Assembly (NCBI GenBank): GCA_024275415.1
Contig: JAJRZD010000095.1
Coordinates: 1 to 20,783, forward strand
Direction: 5' to 3'
From: an archaeon
GTDB taxonomy: Archaea > Asgardarchaeota > Thorarchaeia > Thorarchaeales > Thorarchaeaceae
DNA length: 20,783 bases
In this document: piece by piece, positions 1-9,174 of the stretch
Layout of the letters: every line of letters starts with the position of its first letter
Position numbering within the stretch: position 1 is the first letter of the stretch
Program-made: the position numbers and the translations under genes
Notes under the pieces: generated by a model
Database searches by the model: none
The model's input: the letters and a program-made list of their open reading frames with translations, nothing else
What the model was told of the DNA's origin: nothing

Positions 1-850
1 AGCGGCCCGTTTATCGCTTTCGCTACAGCACTGCAGTGGCTCGTGGCCAATGCAACACTTAACGGGCATCGTTTACGCCCAGGACTACTCGGGTATCTAA
101 TCCGATTTGCTCCCCTGGGTTTCGTCCCTCACCGTCGGGCACGTTCTCGATGACCGCCTTCGCCACTGGTGGTCCTCCGTAGATCATTAGATTTCACCCT
201 TACCTACGGAATACCGTCATCGTCTCCCGTCCCCAAGTAAGGCGGTATCCCTACCAGTCCGACCGTTAAGCGACCGGATTTAAGCAGGGACCTACCAAAC
301 AGGCTACGAACGCTTTAAGCTCAATAATCATGGACACCACTCGAAGAGCTGGTTTTACCGCGGCGGCTGGCACCAGCCTTGCCCTCTCCTTTCTAACGAA
401 CATCCTTACTGTTTCGTCACAGATGGAATTATCTCCCATCACTCGGCTTGGCCCACTCACGCTTTCGCGCATTGGTGAGGTTTCGTAACTGCTGCGCCCC
501 GTGGGGCTAGGGACCTTGTCTCAGTTCCCTTCTCCGGGCCACGACTTACATCGCCCGCTCGGGTCATCGGCATGGAAAGCCTTTACCTATCCATCCACCA
601 TGATCCGGTGCCGTCCCATCCTGTAGCGGCGAACCCAGCATACCTAGGGTTCCCATTTGAGAGCAACATCATTTCCAGAACATCGCTCCTATGGCGGATT
701 ACCGCCAGTTTCCCGGCGTTGTCCACCTCTACAGGGTAAGTTAACGACACTACTGAGCCGTTCGCCACGAACGCGGATGCGCGCTCGTTCGACTTGCATG
801 TCTTAGCCCCAAGCCGATAGCAGTGCCCTCTAGCAGGATCAACTAGAGTT
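1..850 (-). rRNA. rrs: 16S rRNA, 5' part (about E. coli positions 1-880; continues beyond the left edge), archaeal, Asgard-like
   Basis: The reverse complement carries the conserved SSU blocks in order: ACTCTAGTTGATCCTGCTAGAG (5' end), CATGCAAGTCGAAC, ACGGGGCGCAGCAG, GTGCCAGCCGCCGCGGTAA, GGATTAGATACCC, GTAAACGATG. The 5' end is placed to within a few nt. Spacing between blocks is normal, so no intron is evident. Confidence 0.98.
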
Positions 851-1147
851 GGTCCGAAATTGTACGCGTTGGCAAGGATAGACCGGAGTAGTGGTCGGTC
901 CGCACGTACAACATATAGCACACTGAACTTTACGCTTGTATGAAGTACAGGCATGAACGGGGAAAGAAGGGATGTCCTTACCCAAATACCTGCACACTGT
1001 TGAGCCTATCTTAGAAGTGAGGGGATTCTGGTACAGGAGCACCAGTCTATCTCACGTCCGCATCATGTGTTCGCATCTGGAAATCGCGGGCTATCATCGC
1101 TAGGCTTGAGCCAACAGCATCCAGCCTGACACCGTAGGATGCGAAGC
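851..1147 (-). other. Pre-16S leader (5' external transcribed spacer) with structured helices
   Basis: Non-coding stretch between the predicted promoter and the mature 5' end. Nested inverted repeats TTGTACG 860-866 / CGTACAA 905-911 and GACCG 881-885 / CGGTC 896-900, plus CTGGT/ACCAG at 1028-1045. The start site is inferred from TATA spacing. Confidence 0.55.
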
Positions 1148-1167
1148 AACTGTTCCCTCGGTAAAAC

Positions 1168-1184
1168 TCATTTAAAGCTTTCCA
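1168..1184 (-). promoter_or_regulatory. rRNA promoter (BRE + TATA box)
   Basis: Minus strand reads TTGGAAAGC-TTTAAA-TGA: a purine-rich BRE directly followed by TTTAAA (1171-1176), about 320 nt upstream of the 16S 5' end. Confidence 0.65.
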
Positions 1185-1370
1185 AGGGACACAATCATAT
1201 TTAGTTGACTTTTTATGTAATAAGCTCTTCGAAGGGTGATATTTTGGTGTTCGAAGGATGGCGTAGCGTATTCAGGGGATTTGGCGCCATCGTGACGGTG
1301 GGACAGGGACATCTTTTTTCTGCGGGATGGATCGACCATACGGGAACACTCATGTTGTGCTAGATGGATC

Positions 1371-4004
1371 ATGGGAACCACAAGAAGGTACTTCTACATG
1401 ACCGATTTTCACGAACATCTGGCTGCGTTGACGCGCGGCAGTCTAATAGAGGAGAAGAACGTACTGACTGCGGAGCGTGAGGCGTTCACGTTCCCCACCG
1501 CACGGCCGCAATGGGCCCCACCTCGGTATTATGACATCGACCTGTTGGTGGTGGACTGGGTGGTGGACATCGCTGGCGAGCGGGTGGACGCGATAGCAAG
1601 GCTCAAGCTGACATCGATCGTGCCGGCATTGTCACGAGTGTTCCTCCATACACTAGACCTCGATATCTCAGGGGTGACGGATTCTTCCGGCGAGCAGTTG
1701 GAGTTCGACATCGACCCGGACACAGAGAGCATGTTCGTGTACCTTGTAAGGGCACTTGGGAAGGGCGAGTCAGAGGAGCTGACGTTCTCGTACACCATCG
1801 ATGAGCCGAGGGTGGGGGTGCACTTCACGAACCCGTGCCCCGAGTTCCCAGATGTGGAGAGTTCCTTCTGGACCCAGATGCAAGATGACTGTTGCAGGGC
1901 GTGTGTTCCCATCTACGACAACCCGAGCCACAAGTTCCCGACCGAGAGCATTATCACTGTCCCGAAGGGGTATTTTGCGATGGGTAACGGGCGTCTCAAG
2001 GAACGCATGGTGAACGATGACGGGACAGAAACCTTTCACTGGGTGCAGGAGCAGCCTATCCCTGCGTACCTGATGACCATGGCGGCTTCAGAGTACGTGG
2101 AGTACAAGGAGGACCTTGATGGGTTAGAAGTGAGTTACTACGCCCACAAGAAATGGAACCGCGACACGGTCTACAGGTCGTTCGGGAAGACACCGGAGAT
2201 GATACGGTTCTTCGAGGGGAAGCTCGGTGTCAAGTTCCCCTGGGCCAAGTATGCCCAGATAACGGCGGCGAACTTTGTCATAGGAGGCATGGAGAACGTC
2301 AGTGCCACGACCCAGACGGACGTCACCCTTCACGAGGAGAAGGTCCACAAGGACTACCAATCTGACTGGCTGGTGGCCCATGAATTGGCGCACCAATGGT
2401 TCGGCGATCTGGTGACTTGTCGGACATGGTCACACGGGTGGCTCAACGAGGGAGCTGGGACGCAGTTTCAGAACGAGTGGAAACTCCACGACCTTGGTTA
2501 TGACGAGTACCTCTACGACCAGTACGGGAAGCAGACATCCTATTTCGATGAGGACAAGAACAAATACAGGAGACCCATCGTGTACAATGAGTGGGAGCGA
2601 GGGTCTGACATGTTCGACAGGCACCTATACCCAGGCGCTGCATGGAGGTACTATATGCTCAAGCATCTTGTTGGTGAAGAGAGGTGGTGGGACATCCTTG
2701 GGGAGTGGTTGCGAAGGTTCGGGCACAAGTCGCCATACACCCATGACCTCGAAGCCCTGTTCACAGAGATGACAGGCGAGGACTATGGCTGGTTCTTCGA
2801 GCAATGGCTCTACAAGGCGGGGTATCCCGAATGCAAGATTACCTGTTCACATGATGAGAAGTTAGGACACGCCCTTGTGAAAATCGAGCAGACCCAGAAA
2901 CATGACGATGGGATGACTCCGGAGGTTTTCAGGTTCCCTTTGGTGGTCGAGTTCGTGGATGAGAACGGAGAGCGTACCCGATACACAATGGAAGTGAACG
3001 AACGCATCCACAGTTTCTACTATCCAGTGACTAAGAAGCCAAAACATATCGTCATCGACCCTGACTATACTGTGCTTATGGATTGGAATATCACGAAGCC
3101 AGAAGGGATGTGGATTGAACAACTGCACCACGGGGCGAACGTAATCCAGAGAATCAAAGCGGCTCAGGCACTCGGCAAGAAACCTAATCCCAAGGCGCTC
3201 GATGCATTGGGAAAGGCATTGGTCAACGATTCCTTCTGGGGTGTGCAGGCGGAGATAGCAAAGGTGCTTGGAAAGGTAAAGAATGAATCGGCTCTCACGC
3301 AGCTCTTGAAAGGACGTGGACTGAAGGACAGTAGAGCACGGACATCGGTTGCGGGTGCCTTGGGCAATTTCTATCAGAACAATCGGGCACTTGATGCATT
3401 GAAAGAACTCCTTCGTGATGAGAAATCATATTTCGTTGTTGCGGCTGCTGCGACATCCATTGGGAAACTGAAACACGGTGAGTCTTTCAAGATCCTGCAA
3501 AAAGGTCTCAAGAGTGCTCCGCAGACATGGACAGAGATCGTGCGGAGAGGATACCTCAACGGTCTGAAGGAAACGGGAAATGCGAAGGCGATTCCAATCA
3601 TTGCTGAATACACGAAGACAGGACATGACGACTACCTGCGACGGACAGCACCGGGATTGCTCGCGGTCCTAGGAAAAAAGCACAAGAAGAAGCATCCAGA
3701 GGTGAAAGGTATCATCGAGGGTTTGTTTCATGACAAGTCATACAGAGTCAGGATAGGAGCGATAAGTGCAGCAAAGACCTATGGGGATGCAGGTTTCATC
3801 CCTTCATTGAGGAAGCTGGCTGAGGGGCATGTGGATTCTGACATCATCAGGATGGCGAGAGTTTCCATACGAGCGCTCAGCAAAAAGAAGGACTCGACTG
3901 AGATCAAGTCCCTCCAGAAGTCAGTCGAGGAGCTCGAACTGGAGAATAGAGACCTCAAGGACAGGCTCTCCAAGGTTGAGGCAGTCATAGAGAAAGAGAA
4001 GTAA
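1371..4004 (+). CDS. pepN: M1-family zinc aminopeptidase (aminopeptidase N-like) with C-terminal HEAT repeats and a coiled-coil tail
   Basis: 877-aa ORF with GGMEN (GAMEN-type) motif, HELAH-x18-E zinc motif (HELAHQWFGDLVTCRTWSHGWLNEG, from 2379) and HEAT-like repeats (VQAEIAKVLG, ARTSVAGALG, VVAAAATSIG, VRIGAISAA). Alternative start ATG 1398, preceded by GAAGGT. Confidence 0.93.
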   Translation: MGTTRRYFYMTDFHEHLAALTRGSLIEEKNVLTAEREAFTFPTARPQWAPPRYYDIDLLVVDWVVDIAGERVDAIARLKLTSIVPALSRVFLHTLDLDISGVTDSSGEQLEFDIDPDTESMFVYLVRALGKGESEELTFSYTIDEPRVGVHFTNPCPEFPDVESSFWTQMQDDCCRACVPIYDNPSHKFPTESIITVPKGYFAMGNGRLKERMVNDDGTETFHWVQEQPIPAYLMTMAASEYVEYKEDLDGLEVSYYAHKKWNRDTVYRSFGKTPEMIRFFEGKLGVKFPWAKYAQITAANFVIGGMENVSATTQTDVTLHEEKVHKDYQSDWLVAHELAHQWFGDLVTCRTWSHGWLNEGAGTQFQNEWKLHDLGYDEYLYDQYGKQTSYFDEDKNKYRRPIVYNEWERGSDMFDRHLYPGAAWRYYMLKHLVGEERWWDILGEWLRRFGHKSPYTHDLEALFTEMTGEDYGWFFEQWLYKAGYPECKITCSHDEKLGHALVKIEQTQKHDDGMTPEVFRFPLVVEFVDENGERTRYTMEVNERIHSFYYPVTKKPKHIVIDPDYTVLMDWNITKPEGMWIEQLHHGANVIQRIKAAQALGKKPNPKALDALGKALVNDSFWGVQAEIAKVLGKVKNESALTQLLKGRGLKDSRARTSVAGALGNFYQNNRALDALKELLRDEKSYFVVAAAATSIGKLKHGESFKILQKGLKSAPQTWTEIVRRGYLNGLKETGNAKAIPIIAEYTKTGHDDYLRRTAPGLLAVLGKKHKKKHPEVKGIIEGLFHDKSYRVRIGAISAAKTYGDAGFIPSLRKLAEGHVDSDIIRMARVSIRALSKKKDSTEIKSLQKSVEELELENRDLKDRLSKVEAVIEKEK

Positions 4005-4015
4005 GGTGATGGAAG

Positions 4016-4072
4016 GGCGGGTTTGATCCCGCCATTCATTCGCAATGACAGGTAGGTTTTCCTATCTATTGC
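4016..4072. terminator. Two hairpins between convergent genes (possible bidirectional terminator)
   Basis: GGCGGG-TTTGAT-CCCGCC (4016-4033) and GCAAT-gac-AGGTAGG-TTTT-CCTATCT-ATTGC (4042-4072), in the 90-bp gap between two stop codons. Confidence 0.4.
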
Positions 4073-4094
4073 CTGCAGTCTACGGTTCCTTCCA

Positions 4095-4646
4095 TCATGT
4101 TTTGATCCTGTGGACATTCCCACGTTGAATCAGATAGTATTGTACTGATTCTAATGTAATTCTACCTTGCATGTATAGGATAGGACCTTTTGCCTCATTT
4201 CGTGCGACGAATCCCCTGAACACTAGCTGAGCAGCATCGCCGTCATAACCAGTCAGGTTCACTCGAAAGCCAAAGACGATTGTATTGTTGAAACGACCTT
4301 CTCTCGGGCGTCCCGCAAGCCCTATGCCTTCCTGTATCTCGTACCGGGTGTAGTTCATGACCAAATAGCCAGAATTGACCTGGAACAACACGCCTCGTGT
4401 CCCATTTCGCACGATAGTGAATTCCAGATGCATCTTAGTCAACGCTCTGACAGAACCGTCAGTCGTGTTAGCAATAGCTTCTCCAATCGCCTTTATTTCA
4501 AAGGAGTTCCCAAGTGATGCAGCTGCGGCGCCCGGAGAGTCTAAGATCGCAGCTGCATCTGTCAGCAGTGGGGATAAGGAGAAAACGAGTAGGATTGCTA
4601 GAGATACGCTGATGGTAGGGACCAGTACGGGCGCGACTCGTTTCAT
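4095..4646 (-). CDS. Hypothetical exported or membrane-anchored beta-rich protein
   Basis: 183-aa ORF with an N-terminal hydrophobic segment (VLVPTISVSLAILLVFSLSPLL), five N-x-S/T sequons (NTT, NGT, NYT, NNT, NLT), alternating beta-strand patterns and an upstream TATA. Confidence 0.8.
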   Translation of the reverse strand: MKRVAPVLVPTISVSLAILLVFSLSPLLTDAAAILDSPGAAAASLGNSFEIKAIGEAIANTTDGSVRALTKMHLEFTIVRNGTRGVLFQVNSGYLVMNYTRYEIQEGIGLAGRPREGRFNNTIVFGFRVNLTGYDGDAAQLVFRGFVARNEAKGPILYMQGRITLESVQYYLIQRGNVHRIKT

Positions 4647-4674
4647 CTTGACTCATAGAATCCTGTATTGTTCT

Positions 4675-4690
4675 GATATAAAGGCTGAAT
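4675..4690 (-). promoter_or_regulatory. TATA box of the 183-aa gene
   Basis: Minus strand reads ATTCAGCC-TTTATA-TC, with TTTATA at 4677-4682, about 30 nt before the ATG at 4646. Confidence 0.55.
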
Positions 4691-4780
4691 GAAGGATAGG
4701 ACTAGATGATTCATCTAGTAAGAACGTCCGCAAATACACAGGGATGAGCCGTCACCATCTCGGCAGCATGGGACACAGGT

Positions 4781-5758
4781 TCAGTACAGATGGCATGCTA
4801 CACATCGCCCATTGCCCATGTCCTTCAGGGTCGGCTCTTCCGTCGAGCATTTGTCGAATGCCTTGGGACATCGAGGGTGGAACCGGCATCCAGAGGGCGG
4901 ATCTATCGGGCTGGGAATCTCGCCTCTTGGAACCTTGCCGGTCTTCTGGATCTTAGGGTTTGGGACAGGGATGGCACTAATGAGACCGTCCGTGTAAGGG
5001 TGAAGGGGGTCTTCATATACCTGGTCATCATCGCCAATCTCAATAATCTTTCCAAGGTACATGATAGCAATCCGATCGCACACATGACGCGCGGTCGCAA
5101 GATCGTGAGAGATGAACAAGTAAGTCAGGTTCAACTCCTTTTTCAGGTCTAGCATCAGCTCAAGTAGTTGTGCCTTGATGGAAACATCGACCATTGCTAC
5201 GGGTTCATCAGTCACGATGAACTCAGGGCTGAGAACTATAGCCCGCCCAAACACGACACGTTGCCTCTGCCCGCCTGAAAGCTGATGTGGTTTTCGATGG
5301 TAGAACGTGTCTGCGGGGGCCAGCCCAACACGTTCTAAGACACTCTCCACAATCTCCTTCCGTTCTTCAGGGGATCCCATGTTCTGGAATCTTAATGCGT
5401 CGGCGATGGCATCTCCGATGGAAAGGCGAGGATTCAGCGATGATGATGGGTCTTGAAACGTGAATTGGATACGACGCCTAAGATTTCGCATCTCCGTCCC
5501 CTCTACTTCGGCGATGTTGATGCCATCGAAGAGTATCTCACCTTGCGTGGGGCGGATAAGTCGCACACATAGTCTACCCATCGTGGTCTTCCCAGAGCCA
5601 CTTTCTCCTGCAAGACCAAGTATCTCTCCTTTGCGGATATCGAAGGAAACACCATCGACAGCCCTGACGAATTCCTGTTTCCGAGAGATTATCTGTTCAA
5701 TGAATCCCCTTTGCACGGGGAAGTATTTTGTTACGTCCCGAATCTCGACTAAATTCAT
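4781..5758 (-). CDS. dppF: Peptide/nickel ABC transporter ATPase (DppF/OppF-like)
   Basis: Walker A GESGSGKT, signature LSGGQRQR, Walker B FIVTDEP, C-terminal HPYT...GCRFHPRC...C...CHLY. ATG 5758 preferred because GGAGG lies upstream; the ORF track extends to 5788. Confidence 0.93.
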   Translation of the reverse strand: MNLVEIRDVTKYFPVQRGFIEQIISRKQEFVRAVDGVSFDIRKGEILGLAGESGSGKTTMGRLCVRLIRPTQGEILFDGINIAEVEGTEMRNLRRRIQFTFQDPSSSLNPRLSIGDAIADALRFQNMGSPEERKEIVESVLERVGLAPADTFYHRKPHQLSGGQRQRVVFGRAIVLSPEFIVTDEPVAMVDVSIKAQLLELMLDLKKELNLTYLFISHDLATARHVCDRIAIMYLGKIIEIGDDDQVYEDPLHPYTDGLISAIPVPNPKIQKTGKVPRGEIPSPIDPPSGCRFHPRCPKAFDKCSTEEPTLKDMGNGRCVACHLY

Positions 5759-5759
5759 G

Positions 5760-6770
5760 TTAAGACCTCCCGTATAGATGACACGCAACTAGCCCTCCAG
5801 TGTCGCTCTGGATGAGCGGAGGCTCTTCTTGTTTGCAGATATCCATGGCGAAGGGACAGCGGGGATTGAACATGCATCCGTCAGGAGGGTTCACAAGGTC
5901 AGGTGGTGCCCCAGGAATCCATGCAAGTTTCTTATCTGGTTTGGTCACATCTGGAACCGACTGGAGAAGCGCCTCAGTGTATGGGTGTTGTGGATTCTCA
6001 AATAATGCTTCAGTGGGAGCGAGTTCTGCAAGCCTCCCAGTGTACATGATGGCCACATCATCCGCGGTCTGTGCCAATACACCAAGATTGTGGGTAATCA
6101 AGATCATGGTAAGATTGAATTTCTCCTTGAGCTCTGCCATCTCCTCCAATATCTGTGCCTCAACGATTACATCAAGAGATGTCGTGGGCTCATCGGCAAT
6201 CAGCAGACGGGGGCGCAGCACAAGACCAAGCCCTATCATCACACGTTGGCGCATTCCACCACTGAATTGGTGTGGATAATCATCCACCCGTTCTGCAAGG
6301 ATACCAAGGCTCTCAAGTACCTCCTTGGCACGCTCAAGTGCCTGCTCATCCTCAATTGTAGGATCATGTGCCTGCTGTATTTGGATGAAGTGTTTGCCAA
6401 TGCTCAGCATGGGGTTAAGAGAAGTCATCGGATCTTGAAATATATAAGCTATCTCGCTTCCACGAATCATCCGTAGCTGGTCATCATTAAGTTCTAGGAT
6501 GGACACATCGCCCTTCTTGATGGTGCCTTTTTTCCACGTGATGTCATGGTCAATGTTGAGGATGATGTCCCCGCTGACAATTTTCCCTGGATATGGAACT
6601 AGTTTCATGAGTGACCGCCCAAGTGTCGATTTGCCACAACCGGACTCTCCTGCAAGGCCCAGCGTCCGGTTTTCTCCAAGCGTGAGCGATACCCGATCTA
6701 CTGCCCGGGCAGTTCCCCTTTGTGTCGTGTATTCCACAATCAAATCCTTAATACGTAAGACATCGACCAT
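5760..6770 (-). CDS. dppD: Peptide/nickel ABC transporter ATPase (DppD/OppD-like)
   Basis: GESGCGKS, IFQDPMTSLNP, FSGGMRQR, LLIADEPTT, HPYT...GCMFNPRCP...C...CHLY. ATG 6770 follows GGAGTGA; alternative GTG at 6779. Confidence 0.93.
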   Translation of the reverse strand: MVDVLRIKDLIVEYTTQRGTARAVDRVSLTLGENRTLGLAGESGCGKSTLGRSLMKLVPYPGKIVSGDIILNIDHDITWKKGTIKKGDVSILELNDDQLRMIRGSEIAYIFQDPMTSLNPMLSIGKHFIQIQQAHDPTIEDEQALERAKEVLESLGILAERVDDYPHQFSGGMRQRVMIGLGLVLRPRLLIADEPTTSLDVIVEAQILEEMAELKEKFNLTMILITHNLGVLAQTADDVAIMYTGRLAELAPTEALFENPQHPYTEALLQSVPDVTKPDKKLAWIPGAPPDLVNPPDGCMFNPRCPFAMDICKQEEPPLIQSDTGGLVACHLYGRS

Positions 6771-6775
6771 TCCTA

Positions 6776-8044
6776 TCACTCCCTCAGTTTAGGCGTCAAA
6801 ATCTCGTTCAGTCCCTCGCCGGTAAGAGTGAAACCTAATGCTAGTAAGATGACCATGAGACCAGGAAATGCAGATATCCACCAAGCTCCAACAATTAGGA
6901 CTTGGAAGCCTAAAGTGAGATCCCACCCCCAGTCAGCGATATCGACTGAGAGGCCGAGACCTACGAATGTCAATCCTGCAGCTGTGAGAATCGCATCGGC
7001 GAAGTTGATTGACATTATCACCACAGAAGAAGGTAGGACATTGGGGAGTATATACCGGAACAGAATGTCACGGTCGCGTGCTCCCATTACAATGGCAGCC
7101 TCCACGTATGGGAGTTCCCGGACTGTGAACACTTGGCTTCGGACTACTCTGAAATATGATGGGATGTACACAACTGCAATAGCGATTGCCATATTGAGGA
7201 TGCCGGGGCCCAGAATGGCTGCAATTGCAATTGCAAGGACGAGTCCCGGAAAGGCAAACAGACTATCCATGACTAAGCCAATTGTCTTATCCACGAGTCC
7301 TCCACGGTAGCCGGACAGCAACCCAATGGGAACGCCTATACTGAAACATACCACCACCGAGATGGCAGCTACCTGTAGCATTGTGGCACCCCCAGCGATG
7401 ACCCTGCTCAACATATCCTGTCCAAGCGAAGTAGTCCCGAGTGGGAACGAAGGATTTGGTGGCTCACGGATCCCTCCCACATTTATGTGAAATGGAGAAT
7501 AAGGAACGATCCAGTCTGCGATCACGGTCATGTAAATGATAGCGGTGACCATCAATAACCCAGAGATGGCAAGGATGCCAGGGGAGCCATGTATTTTCAG
7601 ACGGGGATAGCCTTCATAGACAAGCAGGAAAAAGACCGAGAGGACAATACCACCCGCAATCATTACTATCCCAAACCCGATTGGGTCAGTCGGATAGATG
7701 ATATATCCCAGTACAAGTGATGTGATGGCAAAAAAGACGGACACGATAGCCACGGGCAGATAGACGGGGTGTCGTGTCACCTGGTTGTTCGGAAGATTGA
7801 TTCGCTTGATATAGGATGCTGTGAGCAGCGATGTCATGGCTAGAAGAAATGTTCCAGCCACCACATGGATGCCCACTCCGCTTCGTGCTGTGAGGGATAT
7901 CGCTATCAATGCCGCAACGATGAGCACAACAAGCACTGTTAGCATCAGAATCACTGCCCACCATTTCTTGGAATAATCCTTGGTGGACTCTTTTCGTTTA
8001 CCAAGATGGAAGAATATTCCACTAAGAACTTGAGTCATCGTCAT
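6776..8044 (-). CDS. dppC: Peptide/nickel ABC permease (DppC/OppC-like) with a ~150-aa hydrophobic N-terminal extension
   Basis: PLGTTSLGQDMLSRVIAG, DSLFAFPGL, EAA loop YVEAAIVMGA, WWISAFPG. ATG 8038 has better ribosome-binding-site spacing than 8044. Confidence 0.92.
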   Translation of the reverse strand: MTMTQVLSGIFFHLGKRKESTKDYSKKWWAVILMLTVLVVLIVAALIAISLTARSGVGIHVVAGTFLLAMTSLLTASYIKRINLPNNQVTRHPVYLPVAIVSVFFAITSLVLGYIIYPTDPIGFGIVMIAGGIVLSVFFLLVYEGYPRLKIHGSPGILAISGLLMVTAIIYMTVIADWIVPYSPFHINVGGIREPPNPSFPLGTTSLGQDMLSRVIAGGATMLQVAAISVVVCFSIGVPIGLLSGYRGGLVDKTIGLVMDSLFAFPGLVLAIAIAAILGPGILNMAIAIAVVYIPSYFRVVRSQVFTVRELPYVEAAIVMGARDRDILFRYILPNVLPSSVVIMSINFADAILTAAGLTFVGLGLSVDIADWGWDLTLGFQVLIVGAWWISAFPGLMVILLALGFTLTGEGLNEILTPKLRE

Positions 8045-8049
8045 GCCTC

Positions 8050-9060
8050 CTATAGTCGAATGCGTGGATCCAAGTAAGCATATAGGATGTCCATTACAAG
8101 CGTGACAATGCTAACAAGGATGCCAAAGACAACCACAGTGCCTTGTATTCCTGTATAGTCGCGGTGATTGATCCTATCTATGAGGTAGGTGCCCAAACCA
8201 AGCAAATTGAATGTGGTTTCAGTTAGGACAGCTCCTGCAAGAAGAGCTGCGAACTGCAGTCCTATCATCGTCATGATTGGTAGGAATGCATTTCGTAATG
8301 CATACCCATAAGTGATCACCCTGTCGGAAAGTCCTCTTGCTTCTGCGGCAACCACAAAATCCATCCTGATGGTTTCTAACATGTTCGTCCGTGTCAGTCG
8401 AACAAAGATGCCGCATAAGACGGTACCAAGTGTAATGGAGGGCAGGAGGATGTATCGCAAAGCGATAATCAGAGCAAATGTGTTCATGGTGAGAAGAGCA
8501 TCGATGGTATACATCCCTGTGATTCTAGTTGGAGGGGCATAGTGCGGGTCGAATCTGCCATTGACAGGAAGTACCTGTAGCCAGATCCCGAATATGAATT
8601 GAAGAATCATTCCTAGGAAGAACACTGGGATCGCATAGGTGACAATGCCAAAAAGACGAATCCCATGATCTGTAGGTCGGTCATATGTTTTTGATGACTT
8701 GACACCCAAGGCAACTCCAAAGAGAACAGCAAAGATAATCGAGTAAATGGTGAGTTCCAATGTCGCGGGGAATCTCCCTGCAATATGCTCACTGATTGGA
8801 GCAAAATCTTGCATTGATATGCCAAGGTCACCGACTGCCAACCCGCCCAAGTAATCGAAGTATTGCTCCCAGATTGGCTTGTCCATTCCAAGTCGTTGCT
8901 TAAATGCTTCAAGAGTTGCAGGATCGACATTCTTCTCGAAATGCAAGAGAGCAGGGTCTCCTGGGATAACTCGAAGAATGATAAAGACAAGCGTTAGAAG
9001 AAACATTACCATAGGGATGGTCATTAATACTCGACCGATGATATAGGATCTTAGGGACAT
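8050..9060 (-). CDS. dppB: Peptide/nickel ABC permease (DppB/OppB-like)
   Basis: IPGDPA, LGDLGIS, FPATLEL, EAA loop FVVAAEARGL, RDYTGIQG, DILYAYLDPRI. Ribosome-binding site GAGGAGAGG. Confidence 0.94.
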   Translation of the reverse strand: MSLRSYIIGRVLMTIPMVMFLLTLVFIILRVIPGDPALLHFEKNVDPATLEAFKQRLGMDKPIWEQYFDYLGGLAVGDLGISMQDFAPISEHIAGRFPATLELTIYSIIFAVLFGVALGVKSSKTYDRPTDHGIRLFGIVTYAIPVFFLGMILQFIFGIWLQVLPVNGRFDPHYAPPTRITGMYTIDALLTMNTFALIIALRYILLPSITLGTVLCGIFVRLTRTNMLETIRMDFVVAAEARGLSDRVITYGYALRNAFLPIMTMIGLQFAALLAGAVLTETTFNLLGLGTYLIDRINHRDYTGIQGTVVVFGILVSIVTLVMDILYAYLDPRIRL

Positions 9061-9174
9061 TTTCCTCTCCTCAGATTCTCACATTTAGTATATGCCACGA
9101 AGATGAAACAATCGATTATTTACTCGTGCAGAAGAAACCAGCTTAAGTAGATTATGTATTTAGCAGCGAAATTG

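Noticed and set aside
1-850. Possible intron or insertion in the 16S
   Set aside because: Distances between conserved blocks are normal for archaeal 16S, with no extra segment.
266-1042. ORFs 266-472, 583-954 and 839-1042
   Set aside because: They lie within the 16S rRNA gene and its leader, so they are spurious translations.
1030-1105. C/D-box-like words in the rRNA leader (CGATGA, CCAGA, ATGATGC, GTGA on the minus strand)
   Set aside because: The boxes are degenerate, there is no canonical CTGA D box at the right spacing, and the second guide would be only about 4 nt.
4012-4033. Hairpin resembling the tRNA-Ala T-arm (10-nt match GAAGGGCGGG to 12194-12203) as a possible att site
   Set aside because: The match is short and degenerate, lies upstream of the tRNA rather than downstream, and no integrase is present. 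It is better explained as a terminator hairpin.
4790-5900. Cys clusters at the C-termini of both ABC ATPases
   Set aside because: Real but already known: this is the oligopeptide-transporter C-terminal domain, described as binding an Fe-S cluster in DppD/OppD.
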